NCBI GenBank assembly: GCA_027923505.1 | Contig: BROI01000001.1 | Span: forward strand, 2,418,001 to 2,482,000 | DNA length: 64,000 nucleotides | Direction of reading: 5' to 3' | Source: Mayamaea pseudoterrestris | Lineage: Eukaryota | Shown: positions 43,531 to 53,455 of the stretch, in pieces | Numbering within the stretch: the first letter of the stretch is position 1 | Layout of the letters: each line of letters begins with the position of its first letter | Program-made: the position numbers and the translations under genes | The notes under the pieces: model-generated | Databases searched by the model: none | What the model was told of the DNA's origin: nothing | The model's input: the letters and a program-made list of their open reading frames with translations, nothing else

Positions 43531-46332
43531 TCACTCTTCCATAATACTGTTTTCGGTCGCTTCAGCATAGCTGGTGCTCGCTTCCTCTGTCAATACCGGC
43601 AAAAGGCCAACCTCATCCTTCCATTGTCGGGCTTGCGTTGCTGGAAGATGCGTTAGCATTCGCTCGTATTGCTCCTTCACAGAAGCAAAAGATGATGCAT
43701 CCGGACTATTCCATAGCGAGGCAAATAGTTGCTTATCGCCGCCGTCCTTGACTACTGTCGAATCGACCGCGCGAACAGCTTCCAGAGTCACCTTGACTAA
43801 GGTGTCGCGAGGAAGAATCAAATTACCAAAGGCCGACCAATCGTTCAAAAGTCGAACAAGCTGCTCATGTGCACTTGTACACGCAGAGCCGCGACTGTCA
43901 GCGCGCAACCAACCCAGCCATGACTGAATAACAGAGTCTCGTGTGCTTTTCGGAAGTTTAGCCTTGTGGCGTAACAGAGTCTTCGACAAGCAGACGAAGA
44001 ACGCACGGTGGTCACACAAAGTAGGCAATAAAAGCTGTACACCAAGGGCAAGCTTCGGAAATGTCAGGGCAAGCGAAGATTCGTTTCCAAGACCAGGCTG
44101 GCACAAAAATACAATCGCGCCTTGAAGCAGAGCAGCAGCCACTTCCATTTGGTCCCCAGCTGCCCACATTTCTGTATTGATCTGCTCGGCTTCAATGCTC
44201 ACTGACTGAGCAGCAGCATGCAAGTCTCCACCTGGCGAGATTCGCCGATCGAGTTCGGCTTCAAGAAAAAGTCGGAGAACCAGGGGACTAATCTGACGAA
44301 GTGTTGCGAAAGGCACATTTGTCGGGTCATTATCATTGCCCAGCTTTTGCATGCCGCTGTCTGGAATGAGATATCGCCTGCCCGACACGGCGCATATTTG
44401 CCTTGACCAGCGAGCTAGATGCAAAAGCTGAAGCAACGATGGAGCTGCGACATGTGCTGCTGGAATGGACGTTCCGTTTAGCGTGCCATGTCGAAGATCT
44501 CGTTGGGTTCTGGCCAAAACGATTCGAACAACGAAAGGATCTGCCAGCAACATGGACGCAAGAGCTGGCATACTGGGATCTTGATCATCTTTTGAACTCT
44601 TTTTCCTTTTACGAGTTGCGGCAGGCAGGGGCGATATATCAATTTCCTCAGTTGAAGTCTTTCGTTTTCGCTCTGAATCGTCCGTAAAATTCCGTTTCGC
44701 AGTTTCACTTTGGTAGAGGCGCTTGGCCTGAGGCAGAATCTCATCGCGAAATACCTTTCCCTGTCGGAGTGCCTCGCCACGAAACCACTGGCCTGCTGGC
44801 CCGCGATTGTAGTCGACACAATTCTTGAATAATAGTCTGACATCCTTGTCCCATTCTTCAATTGAACTGTATTTGTTCTTTTTCACTTTCGCTTCCATTT
44901 GCGTAAGACTGATAGGCTTGCTAATAATTTTGCTGTAGCCAGGCGCAATCGCATCTGTGACAGGGTTTAAAAACAAACTTTGCGGATCGGCGTCCTTCAT
45001 TGCGTCAATTCCGGCAGTAATGACCTTGTTGAGCTGTCGCAACGCAGCAAGTGAGATCTCTTCTTGTATTTGCACTTGAGACAACCCATCACTTTGGGCG
45101 TTACTCTCCGCTGCCTTGCTCGACGTAGTATCGTCATCGGACAGGAAAATTAGAGTCAGCGTCTGCTGAATCTTTTTCACAGCCGCATCGGAAATATTTC
45201 CTTCTTGAACACAATCGTCTAGCGTACGTGCCAATGCAGAGAGATGCTGGTATCCTCTCGGCAAAGGTCCTCCAGCTGAAAGCAGAATGTCCGCGACCAA
45301 TGTGCATCGCAGATTGCTAGCGCCGCCGATTTGACCCATGGTTATACTTCCATGCTCCGCCATGAGGATTGAAAATAGCGAGTAGAGTAGTTTGGGACGA
45401 AAGGTGGATGCCGTACCAACAGTGTCACATAGTAGGCTGCGTATGGCTGCAATGGCTTTACCAGAGTCGAGGACTTCGATACCTTCCTTTGCTACACAGC
45501 TGCCGGCCATTGTTGAAGCAGGAACTGTTAGCGCACGCCTCTGTTTGGTAAGCACTCGTCTTTCCCGAACAGTTGACACAAACAGTTGATCCGCCATATC
45601 TACTAAAACTTTGTTGTTGCAATATTGAGAAATCAACGGTTCAAGAGTTTCGTAGAGAAGCGTCGTTTGATATTCGTCAAGTGGTCGACTGTCCGCATTA
45701 GAACTCGAAACGCGACTCTCCCAATCCGCTTCCCAACACAGGCGTTTTAGAAGAGGCGACAGTGGTTCAAACAAATCCTTGTGCCGCAGTTTGCTATCTT
45801 GATCTCGCAATGTGAGCGCTTGCAGCACTGGCAAAGGAGTATCTTCACCCAGTTGCTTCAAGACGGCCCAAAGAACAGGCCTCATTTCAGTTTGGGTCGT
45901 CGCAAATGTCAAACAGGACTGGAGTAAACTCAGTAAAGCTTCAGTGTTTTTCGATTTCCTAATTTCTTCCTCCAATTGCTTCATAAGCGTATCGCTGATT
46001 CGTTTATGCACTTCATAGTGCGACACGCCAAGGTGCGAAAGAAAGGCAATGGCCGGATCACTATCCAATGGCTCCTCCGTCTGCTTGTCTTGACTGCGCG
46101 TCTTTTTCATTTCATGTCGAGGAGTGGTACCAAAGGCTCGCGCCATCATGGTATGCAGCGAATGCTCCTGCTGAAAGGCTTGAATAGTGTCGGCAGGGTT
46201 GGTGGAGCGACGAAGCTCGCGGCGGAGTTCCCTCTTGGCGACGACGGAGGAAAAAAATGTCGTGAGATTATTCTCTGCGACTTCACTCTTTGTCTCGGAG
46301 GCATCTTTGCTTGTCGGAGTTGTTGCTGACAT
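43531..46332 (-). CDS. Bromodomain protein with an N-terminal NELF-B/COBRA1-like helical domain
   Basis: Single 933-aa ORF. Bromodomain LFLNPVTDAIAPGYSKIISKPISL..DVRLLFKNCVDYN. N-terminal blocks match NELF-B by eye (see findings). Confidence 0.8.
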   Translation of the reverse strand: MSATTPTSKDASETKSEVAENNLTTFFSSVVAKRELRRELRRSTNPADTIQAFQQEHSLHTMMARAFGTTPRHEMKKTRSQDKQTEEPLDSDPAIAFLSHLGVSHYEVHKRISDTLMKQLEEEIRKSKNTEALLSLLQSCLTFATTQTEMRPVLWAVLKQLGEDTPLPVLQALTLRDQDSKLRHKDLFEPLSPLLKRLCWEADWESRVSSSNADSRPLDEYQTTLLYETLEPLISQYCNNKVLVDMADQLFVSTVRERRVLTKQRRALTVPASTMAGSCVAKEGIEVLDSGKAIAAIRSLLCDTVGTASTFRPKLLYSLFSILMAEHGSITMGQIGGASNLRCTLVADILLSAGGPLPRGYQHLSALARTLDDCVQEGNISDAAVKKIQQTLTLIFLSDDDTTSSKAAESNAQSDGLSQVQIQEEISLAALRQLNKVITAGIDAMKDADPQSLFLNPVTDAIAPGYSKIISKPISLTQMEAKVKKNKYSSIEEWDKDVRLLFKNCVDYNRGPAGQWFRGEALRQGKVFRDEILPQAKRLYQSETAKRNFTDDSERKRKTSTEEIDISPLPAATRKRKKSSKDDQDPSMPALASMLLADPFVVRIVLARTQRDLRHGTLNGTSIPAAHVAAPSLLQLLHLARWSRQICAVSGRRYLIPDSGMQKLGNDNDPTNVPFATLRQISPLVLRLFLEAELDRRISPGGDLHAAAQSVSIEAEQINTEMWAAGDQMEVAAALLQGAIVFLCQPGLGNESSLALTFPKLALGVQLLLPTLCDHRAFFVCLSKTLLRHKAKLPKSTRDSVIQSWLGWLRADSRGSACTSAHEQLVRLLNDWSAFGNLILPRDTLVKVTLEAVRAVDSTVVKDGGDKQLFASLWNSPDASSFASVKEQYERMLTHLPATQARQWKDEVGLLPVLTEEASTSYAEATENSIMEE

Positions 46333-46743
46333 GGTATCTGGGCCCTACTGGCGAATACGGATCCTGCGATGTGCATTGCGCGTCAATCCTTGGCGCTGCG
46401 CAGCTTCGCGGCTCAATTGTCGTACTGGTATCTCAATGTTTGCGACATGAAAATCTGTCATCCGGTACTCAAAATGGTTCGGCTGAATGCTCCTTGTCGC
46501 TCGCAAATGATTCTTAGGATCTACAACGATCAGACTGACGAGCGCCATGGAATAAGCCCGAGGCGCTGGGAATCGTCGTTGAAAGATTCCGCCACCGCGT
46601 TGTTCAACGATGCAGCAGCAGTATCGACCATTATCATTGCACAAAAGAAGGCTCTCGCTTCTTAAAAATTTTTGACTTCGATTATAGTTCATTTTTTACT
46701 GTCACATTGGCCAGCTAGTCACTAGCATTAATCTTTTACAACC

Positions 46744-47901
46744 ATGCCAAGCAAGAGCTCATCAAATGACAGTCTCGTCGAAAACAACGACGAAGCTCCA
46801 GTCCGAAAGGACAAGAAGTTTAAACGCATCAGAGGCCTGCTGGGTGGCGATAAGAAGGATAAGAAGCACGGAAAGGGAAAGGGAAAGAACAAGGGCAAGC
46901 ACGCTGACGACGACGCAACCTACAATGTCAATGTCGACGAACGCTCGATTGCGACGGCACCCGCGAAACACGACGAACCTCTTCGAAGAGGTTCCGATGC
47001 CAAGCGCTCGTACATGCTCAAGGTGGTGCTTCTCTTGATGGATCCGAAATCCCGTAGGTTTGAACTGCTGCAACTGGAATTTGACTCCCTCAAGGCGTTG
47101 GTGTCCGATGTCCTCGCCCAAATTCCGGTTTCAGTCACGGAAGATGTGCTTCGCGAGCAAACCTACCTTGGTATTTGCGGGCATGACGGAAAGGAAATGC
47201 CTTTGAACGCTTTGTTGTCGGAGTTTTGCAAGGGTAGTGAAGTGTTTGTTGCAGTACCCAAAGGAGTGGCGGCCAAGGAGTGTGCCCGCCTGGCAGTGCC
47301 TATTTTGACCGACGACAAGGTGGTGAACATGTTGCGGTCCAGTGACATTAACATGAATGAATGGCTCGACAACAAGAACAAGAAAACTAGCAAAAAGGCT
47401 GTGAAACTGTCTTCATCTTCAGGAAAAGTCATTGCGACTGACGATGATTCACACAAAGGTGGGAAGTCTGCCGGTCTTATTGCAGTCATTTTGGCAGCTA
47501 TCGTTTTGCAGGTTTATCATTTATACATTTCTGCGCCAATCAAGCCAGGTCATATTGTTTCGCCTGGTATTCATCTTAGCAAGTGCGGTGTCTTGTCCAT
47601 TTTGCCCACATGCTCGAATGAATACATGACATTCGCGGATGAAGAAACAATCGTCATGAAAGATGCAGCCGATAAAGTTTTGTGGTCTATCAGGGGAAAC
47701 ACTTGCAAAAAGGGAGATAAGGGATGTATTCGTGGCATGAAGGTCGGCGAGGATGGGGAGCTTATCATTGGCGGCAAAGTCGTTGACAGTGTACGCACCT
47801 ATACAGATGATGTTAAGCTTTCGCCATGGCCATTTGCCGAGGAACCCAAGATTCGAATCAAGCGCGACACTCCAGAGTCTTCAAAAAGCTCTGGTGATTA
47901 A
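46744..47901 (+). CDS. Uncharacterised single-pass membrane protein
   Basis: 385-aa ORF with a globular LLMDPKSRRFELLQLEF domain, a TM segment AGLIAVILAAIVLQVYHLYI and a Cys-containing beta-rich C-terminus. Confidence 0.7.
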   Translation: MPSKSSSNDSLVENNDEAPVRKDKKFKRIRGLLGGDKKDKKHGKGKGKNKGKHADDDATYNVNVDERSIATAPAKHDEPLRRGSDAKRSYMLKVVLLLMDPKSRRFELLQLEFDSLKALVSDVLAQIPVSVTEDVLREQTYLGICGHDGKEMPLNALLSEFCKGSEVFVAVPKGVAAKECARLAVPILTDDKVVNMLRSSDINMNEWLDNKNKKTSKKAVKLSSSSGKVIATDDDSHKGGKSAGLIAVILAAIVLQVYHLYISAPIKPGHIVSPGIHLSKCGVLSILPTCSNEYMTFADEETIVMKDAADKVLWSIRGNTCKKGDKGCIRGMKVGEDGELIIGGKVVDSVRTYTDDVKLSPWPFAEEPKIRIKRDTPESSKSSGD

Positions 47902-48255
47902 TGATAGCAATCTGTTGCGTTACGTTCCGCTGTCCAACTTCGTATGATGCTTCGTTCCTGCCTTCTAATGAGCATGTTTTTTACGCTCGAATACATAAAA
48001 ATCTTGCAGTACTTCTACAATCATGTCGTTAACTATAGGATCGCTGTTAAAGAAGAATGGTGCCAAGCGCACGTGCGAAAGTAGGTTCCATTTTAGTGAC
48101 AATGTCGCGGACACTCAGCGTCGAGGCTCGTGGCATTCCACTAATACATACTGATACATAGTGACTGCATATCACAGCAAAGAGTTGATATTATTTACGC
48201 GTACAGCGACTCGCTACCTTTTGAAGGAGCGTCAGATATGAGTTTAACCCAATAC

Positions 48256-48303
48256 ACTGCTGTCAGGCGCGGAACGTTGTATCCCTTCGCCGTCATGCGC
48301 AGC
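48256..48303 (-). promoter_or_regulatory. Candidate SECIS element in the 3' UTR
   Basis: Minus strand GCUGC-GC-AUGAC-GGCG-AA-GGGA-UACAACG-UUCC-G-CGCC-UGAC-A-GCAGU: AUGA/GA quartet, two helices and apical As. The apical loop is shorter than canonical. Confidence 0.5.
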
Positions 48304-48344
48304 TATCTTTGGTAACCGAACCTATAAGCGAGCCCTCAAAGTAT

Positions 48345-49229
48345 CTATTTCGACCAATGGCTTCCCCGTTTGACAATATCATCCGAAACGCCCAATATCT
48401 GGCCAAAGAGGGGACCGCTGACCACTTGGCCACGTTTCTCAATCTCTCGAAACAATGGAATGAAGGCGTCGGCATGTGCAGCACCATCAATCAAGGTACT
48501 ACCTTCGATAATGAACTTTGGAATGCCATGGATACCCAGCTGGCGAAGTGTTGAAAGAGCGCGCTCAATCTCAACTCTCCCTTCGTTGCCATTCAAAAAG
48601 TCAAGGAGAGAAGTTTCCGATGGCGCCTTGTTGGGCAGCAGAACTTTGAGCTCTCTGGCAACCGTCGCAGCAAGTTTCGGACGATCATTTAATGAATGTC
48701 CATCAACAAAGTAATATACGTTCAGCAAGTCGTAAATAGTTTCACTCACTTCCAGTCCATACTTCTTGCCTAGATGCTGAATGAGTCGGTGCGACGCCAT
48801 TGTATTCGACGCCAGTCTGTCCAAATTAAAGAATTTGATCCCTGCTTCTTCGCCTCGACCTTTCAAGTCATGTTGTCTCTTTTGTCGCTCCCAGCCTGCA
48901 CGGCCGCCCCACTTCTTGACAAGCCTTTCTCGATTAGATTCAATGTAAGGCTTTTCTTCAGAGTAGTCTGGCTCCAAGAAAAACGGAACCCGAAGCACGG
49001 AAAAGGCAATGGGACGAGGTGCGTTTGGCAATGGATTGCTAAGAACATGCTCCATTGCGCGATTCAAATGCTTCTTCCCTATATACCCGTTGGGTCACAT
49101 TGTATCGCTGACCAATTCAATGGGAATGACAAGTGGTGCTGCAGTCTCCGTCGCCGATGAGGACGCCATCGTCCTAAACGATTTGTGCATGAAAGCTTTA
49201 CCGCCAGTGGATGTGGCCAATCTAATCAT
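48345..49229 (-). CDS. DsbA/FrnE-like thioredoxin-fold protein, putative selenoprotein (UGA at codon 45)
   Basis: ATG at 49229 is in frame with the 240-aa ORF through a single TGA (49097-49095): IELVSDTM-U-PNGYIGKKHL. It also has SNTMASHRLI and cis-Pro GIHGIPKF. Confidence 0.85.
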
Positions 49230-49568
49230 CGCTGAATTAGTATGATACAAAAATGTCGACTGAAAGTGAACACTGAAACACTGGCGTCGCGTTCTAATTG
49301 ATGAATACGGTACAGATGAGACGTACGACGACCCGTTCAGTGCCGATACAAACGCCGATGATTACTGCTTTGTGGCTCATGGTCGGTCGTCGCTCGTCGC
49401 GATTAGCATGGCGAGGATAACGGTACGATAGACAAATGAGTCATATTGACATCATTAAAAAAGGAAAAATGACCCATGAAATGACTCTTGGCGAGCGCTT
49501 ATGTCACCGACCGTTGATTCAACGACGGACCTCGTTTCCCTTCACAATTTGAAAAGCTGCGAGACAAA

Positions 49569-50679
49569 ATGAACCGCTTTCTCGCTTCTTTATCATCAAT
49601 CGCTCTCTTGTCGTTGTTTTACTATTCATTGGAACGAAAACAAATAAATGCACCTGCAAGTTTTGATTGGAAGAATGGGGTATCAACGACAAAGCCCGAG
49701 CATCAGATGATACATGAGGTGCAGCCGGAATGGCAGCCGCCATTGGAAGCGTCAAGTCTGTTTTCACATCTTGCTCCTGCAATCTTCAATACAACAGCTC
49801 AATCAACAGCAGCTCCAATGTTCTGGCATGTTCCCAAATCAGGTAGGCATACTTGGAAAGTGAGGCGATGACTTTGTATATAGTATCAGTTAGCAAGTCG
49901 CTAAAAATATTTCATTTGTTCGCTCAGGTGGAACGTCCATGAAATTCTTTGGAGCTTGTCTGCAGCTAATAGTTGTCGACCAGCGAGGATCAGATGCTTC
50001 GCCTTCGCTGAAAGTCATTGCTGGGAGGGACAAGCGCTTTGTCAACTTCAATTCATGCTCTGTGGACGGCTTGAAACAGGCGCATGAACTTGGCTATGCC
50101 GCAGTGCAGCCTGCCGAAGTGATTTATTCGCCGTTCATATTAGAAGCAATTGACCTTCTGTTTGAAGAAACAAACCAAGCTCAGGTCTTTGTACTTTTGA
50201 GACATCCCGTTGATCGAATCGTTTCGCTCTTTTACTATTTGCAGCATGCAAGGTGGGAAGGGGCCTACGATCCGAGTTTGAAAAACATTACGCTGCTAGA
50301 ATACGCCCAAGAGCTACCCTACGATAACACTTTGACACGCATACTTACCAAAAAGGATGGTGACAACGGCAATGTACCCCTCAATCAAGACGATTTGGAA
50401 TTGGCAAAGTATTTCATGATGCGATACGTATTGGTCGGGTTAACGGACCAGGTAGACGAAAGCGTTGACCGTTTTGGCCAGGCCTTTGGCTGGCAAAACC
50501 GTCCACAATGGACGCAATGTCGGGCGCGGGCACAAAAGGGCCAGAACCGCTTTCGGCATCCGCAACTGACACCAGATGATGAGGCATACAAGGTTTTGGC
50601 AAGCAAGCACGAATATGATATACAGCTTTATCAATTTGCGACAGAACTGTTTGACCAGCAAAGAGCCATGTTTGAATAG
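49569..50679 (+). CDS. Golgi-type (type II membrane) sulfotransferase, 2 exons
   Basis: Intron 49843-49927 (GTAGGC..CTCAG) reconstitutes the PAPS loop FWHVPKSGGTSM. The 3'-PB motif is LRHPVDRIVSLFYY, and there is an N-terminal TM anchor. Confidence 0.88.
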
Positions 50680-50980
50680 TTCCAGCCAGGCAGCCGAAAA
50701 GGCTAAGCTATCGAAAGAGCCAGCGTTGGTTCATGGCGCCAAGATGGGTGGAAAGCTTTATCTGTTGCCAGCCACTTTTGAACTATCTGATGACGCCATG
50801 GCGACCAACTTATAGTTAATGTAACAAGCTTTATTAAAGTATGCCAACGTAACTGTAGCTATTGACAATAGTGAATACAGTATAGCAACCCGACAAATGC
50901 TGCACCTTATAGAATGACCAGATTCACAAACGGAGTAGCAGACGACACAAGATAGCACGATGCTTTATATTTGCAAAGAG

Positions 50981-52882
50981 TCAACGGGGCTTGGCTTCCA
51001 GGGCTGCAGCTTTGGCCAATAGCTGAGAAAAAGTAAAAGACTTGTCATTCTGTTGATTCAAAACACAATTGTCGAGTGAAACGGCAGCTCCCTGCGATGA
51101 GCTACCAGCTGTTTCGGCCAACGGCCGAAGCAGAGGCATTGGCTGGCTATCATTCATTGGTACTCGCGGACACGCCTGCTGGATACATACGTCCACCTTG
51201 TCAGCTTGCTTGGTCAAACTCGTCCTTGACACATCCTTTGCGGCAACGCTTTTTGAAAATGACTGTGCCTTCGCTTGCAGGTCCTTGTAACTAAAGCTGC
51301 CATTAGTCGCGGATTCCGTGATAGATTGCTCGGTGAGATTTTTCTCCACAGCTAATGCTTTAGATTGCAATTCCTTCTTATTGACAGTGTGAGACGGTCT
51401 CTTTGGCGATGCTGCTGCAAGATTTACTTCAACCTTTGCTGCACGAGACCGCAGCTCATTCGTGTCAATGCGTGTGGAATCTTGTTGCCGCCCAAGCGCT
51501 TTTGCTCTAAGCCCAGCAAAGTCAAAACTTTCCCCTTGGTCATTAACCGCGTCTTGTTCGCTCTCGATGCTTAACATTCCTAGCTGCAAGTTTTCCAATT
51601 TTGCTGTCGCCGCGGGTGCGTTTGTCGCACCCACTTCGCTTTCCATCGCATCTGCGGGTGCAACAGGCTTAGTTTGTGAAGTACTATCATTTCGTTCCGT
51701 GTCGTGCACTTTCGCGCGTTGTTGGATGCGAATGTATTCACGACTAGCTTCTGGTCGCTTGATGGGTACCGTCGACGTTTTCGATTCCAAGGATTGGGCT
51801 TTGGCTCGAAGATCTGCGAACGAGTTGCGTGTCACTGGCAAGGGACTTTTTGATGATGGCGGCTCATCGTCTGATGCTTCTTCTCCTTGTTTTATTCCTA
51901 CAGTCGGCTGCTCCTGGACCGTAACGTTGGGTGTTTCAAGTGAAGTCGCCTGTGCTTTTAGGCGCGCAAGAATATTTTGACTAGCAGCGTCTGGTTGCTT
52001 GATAGAAACTGCATGATTCTTGATGTCCAATGACGGGGCTTCGGCTCGAAATTTTGCAAAGACGTTAGACGAAGATGGAGAAGCAGCTGCTGTTGACGAT
52101 AGCCCAGAGTCTGGAGCCTGCTCTTCCTTCTCAATCTCAATCGGCCGTTCCTGGCCTCTATCATTGCTTGCTTCTAATTGGCTTGCCCGTACTTTAAGAC
52201 GCGCAACAATATCTCCATCAACTGTTTTCATTTTCGGTTTTGCTTGTGCTTGTTGCGGCCGATTTAAGGTATTACTTGACTTCCAGTGCGTCCTAAGCTG
52301 TATGCAGCTCGAACCGGCCTTTCGCACGGAATGAAATGCATGTTCCAGCTCGTCAAGTCCTTCAGTACCAATCCTGTTATCCCAAACGAACAATTCCTGC
52401 AAAGTCGTGTTATGAAGTATCAGTTCAGCGAGCGCTGATGCGCCAGTATTACTGACAGTATTTTCGTAAAGGTACAGCTTGAACAATGCAGCATTCTCCA
52501 TGAGAGCTTCTGCAAGAGCCGAGCAGCCAATATCTCCAATACAGTTGCGAGCCAGATTAAGAACTCTCAATGATCCATTCAGTTTAAGCGCTCCTGCAAA
52601 ACTTTCTGCGCCCTTGTCCCCAACAACGTTCCCCATGAGATAAAGTCGTTCGAGTGTATTATGCTTCAGCGTCGTCGCTAGCTTGGCACTACCATTCGGC
52701 CCAATACCGGTATTAGCAAGATTAAGCTCTTTTATGAACTCATTGTTCTTCAAGGCGAAACCAAGAGCCATGCAACCAGCGTCTCCAATAGTTGTTCCAG
52801 ACAAGTCGAGGATTGTAAGAGTGCTATCATTCTCCTTGAGACGCCGACAGGCATCCTCTAGAGATATTTTCGTGTCTGTCAT
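50981..52882 (-). CDS. RNI-like leucine-rich-repeat protein with a repetitive low-complexity tail
   Basis: About six 28-aa LRRs (LxxLxLxxNxIGDxG) in the first 185 aa, followed by repeated LxAKAxxLE helices. Confidence 0.85.
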   Translation of the reverse strand: MTDTKISLEDACRRLKENDSTLTILDLSGTTIGDAGCMALGFALKNNEFIKELNLANTGIGPNGSAKLATTLKHNTLERLYLMGNVVGDKGAESFAGALKLNGSLRVLNLARNCIGDIGCSALAEALMENAALFKLYLYENTVSNTGASALAELILHNTTLQELFVWDNRIGTEGLDELEHAFHSVRKAGSSCIQLRTHWKSSNTLNRPQQAQAKPKMKTVDGDIVARLKVRASQLEASNDRGQERPIEIEKEEQAPDSGLSSTAAASPSSSNVFAKFRAEAPSLDIKNHAVSIKQPDAASQNILARLKAQATSLETPNVTVQEQPTVGIKQGEEASDDEPPSSKSPLPVTRNSFADLRAKAQSLESKTSTVPIKRPEASREYIRIQQRAKVHDTERNDSTSQTKPVAPADAMESEVGATNAPAATAKLENLQLGMLSIESEQDAVNDQGESFDFAGLRAKALGRQQDSTRIDTNELRSRAAKVEVNLAAASPKRPSHTVNKKELQSKALAVEKNLTEQSITESATNGSFSYKDLQAKAQSFSKSVAAKDVSRTSLTKQADKVDVCIQQACPRVPMNDSQPMPLLRPLAETAGSSSQGAAVSLDNCVLNQQNDKSFTFSQLLAKAAALEAKPR

Positions 52883-53111
52883 TTCATATCTTTTTGTCTA
52901 TTCTTGATTGCTTCTCTGTTACATTGCTTGTCCCCTTTTTGAATTGCTAGGAATCTCGTGCCTTTGTCGTCTCGCAAGTCGCAAGCTGTCAAGCGACGAG
53001 TCATTTTCGCCCGCATGGAAATGGATGTCGCACAGGTTTTGACCGCGCCGGTCGAGCGACGCCATTATTTTCCTTCCCATGTGATTGTAGAAGACGAAGA
53101 AAAATGACTAT

Positions 53112-53150
53112 GACCCGACCCGACTCGACCCGACTCGACCCGACTCGACC
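53112..53150. repeat. Pentanucleotide microsatellite (GACCC/GACTC)n
   Basis: gacccgacccgactcgacccgactcgacccgactcgacc upstream of the LRR gene. Confidence 0.85.
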
Positions 53151-53455
53151 GGTAGCGGCTGCTGGTCGAGGCGCGGCAAAGGCACGGGATGTGCGATCAG
53201 TCATTATTTTCCACGTAACCTTCCTCTTGGTGGCCGAGTGTCGAGTCGTTTGGCATTTGGCGGCGCATTTCCGAGCAGCACGCCCCGCCCCGCAGTACTC
53301 TGGCTCAGTACGACACAATAGCGAAACCATGGTATGAACAAATTTTCAATTCTATTTCGTTACTCTAAAATGACAATCACCAAATCCAATCGCAGCGCTC
53401 CGTCATCGCCCGATACCCGACATTTTAATGATCGCGACGTTCCACCAGGCTTTGC

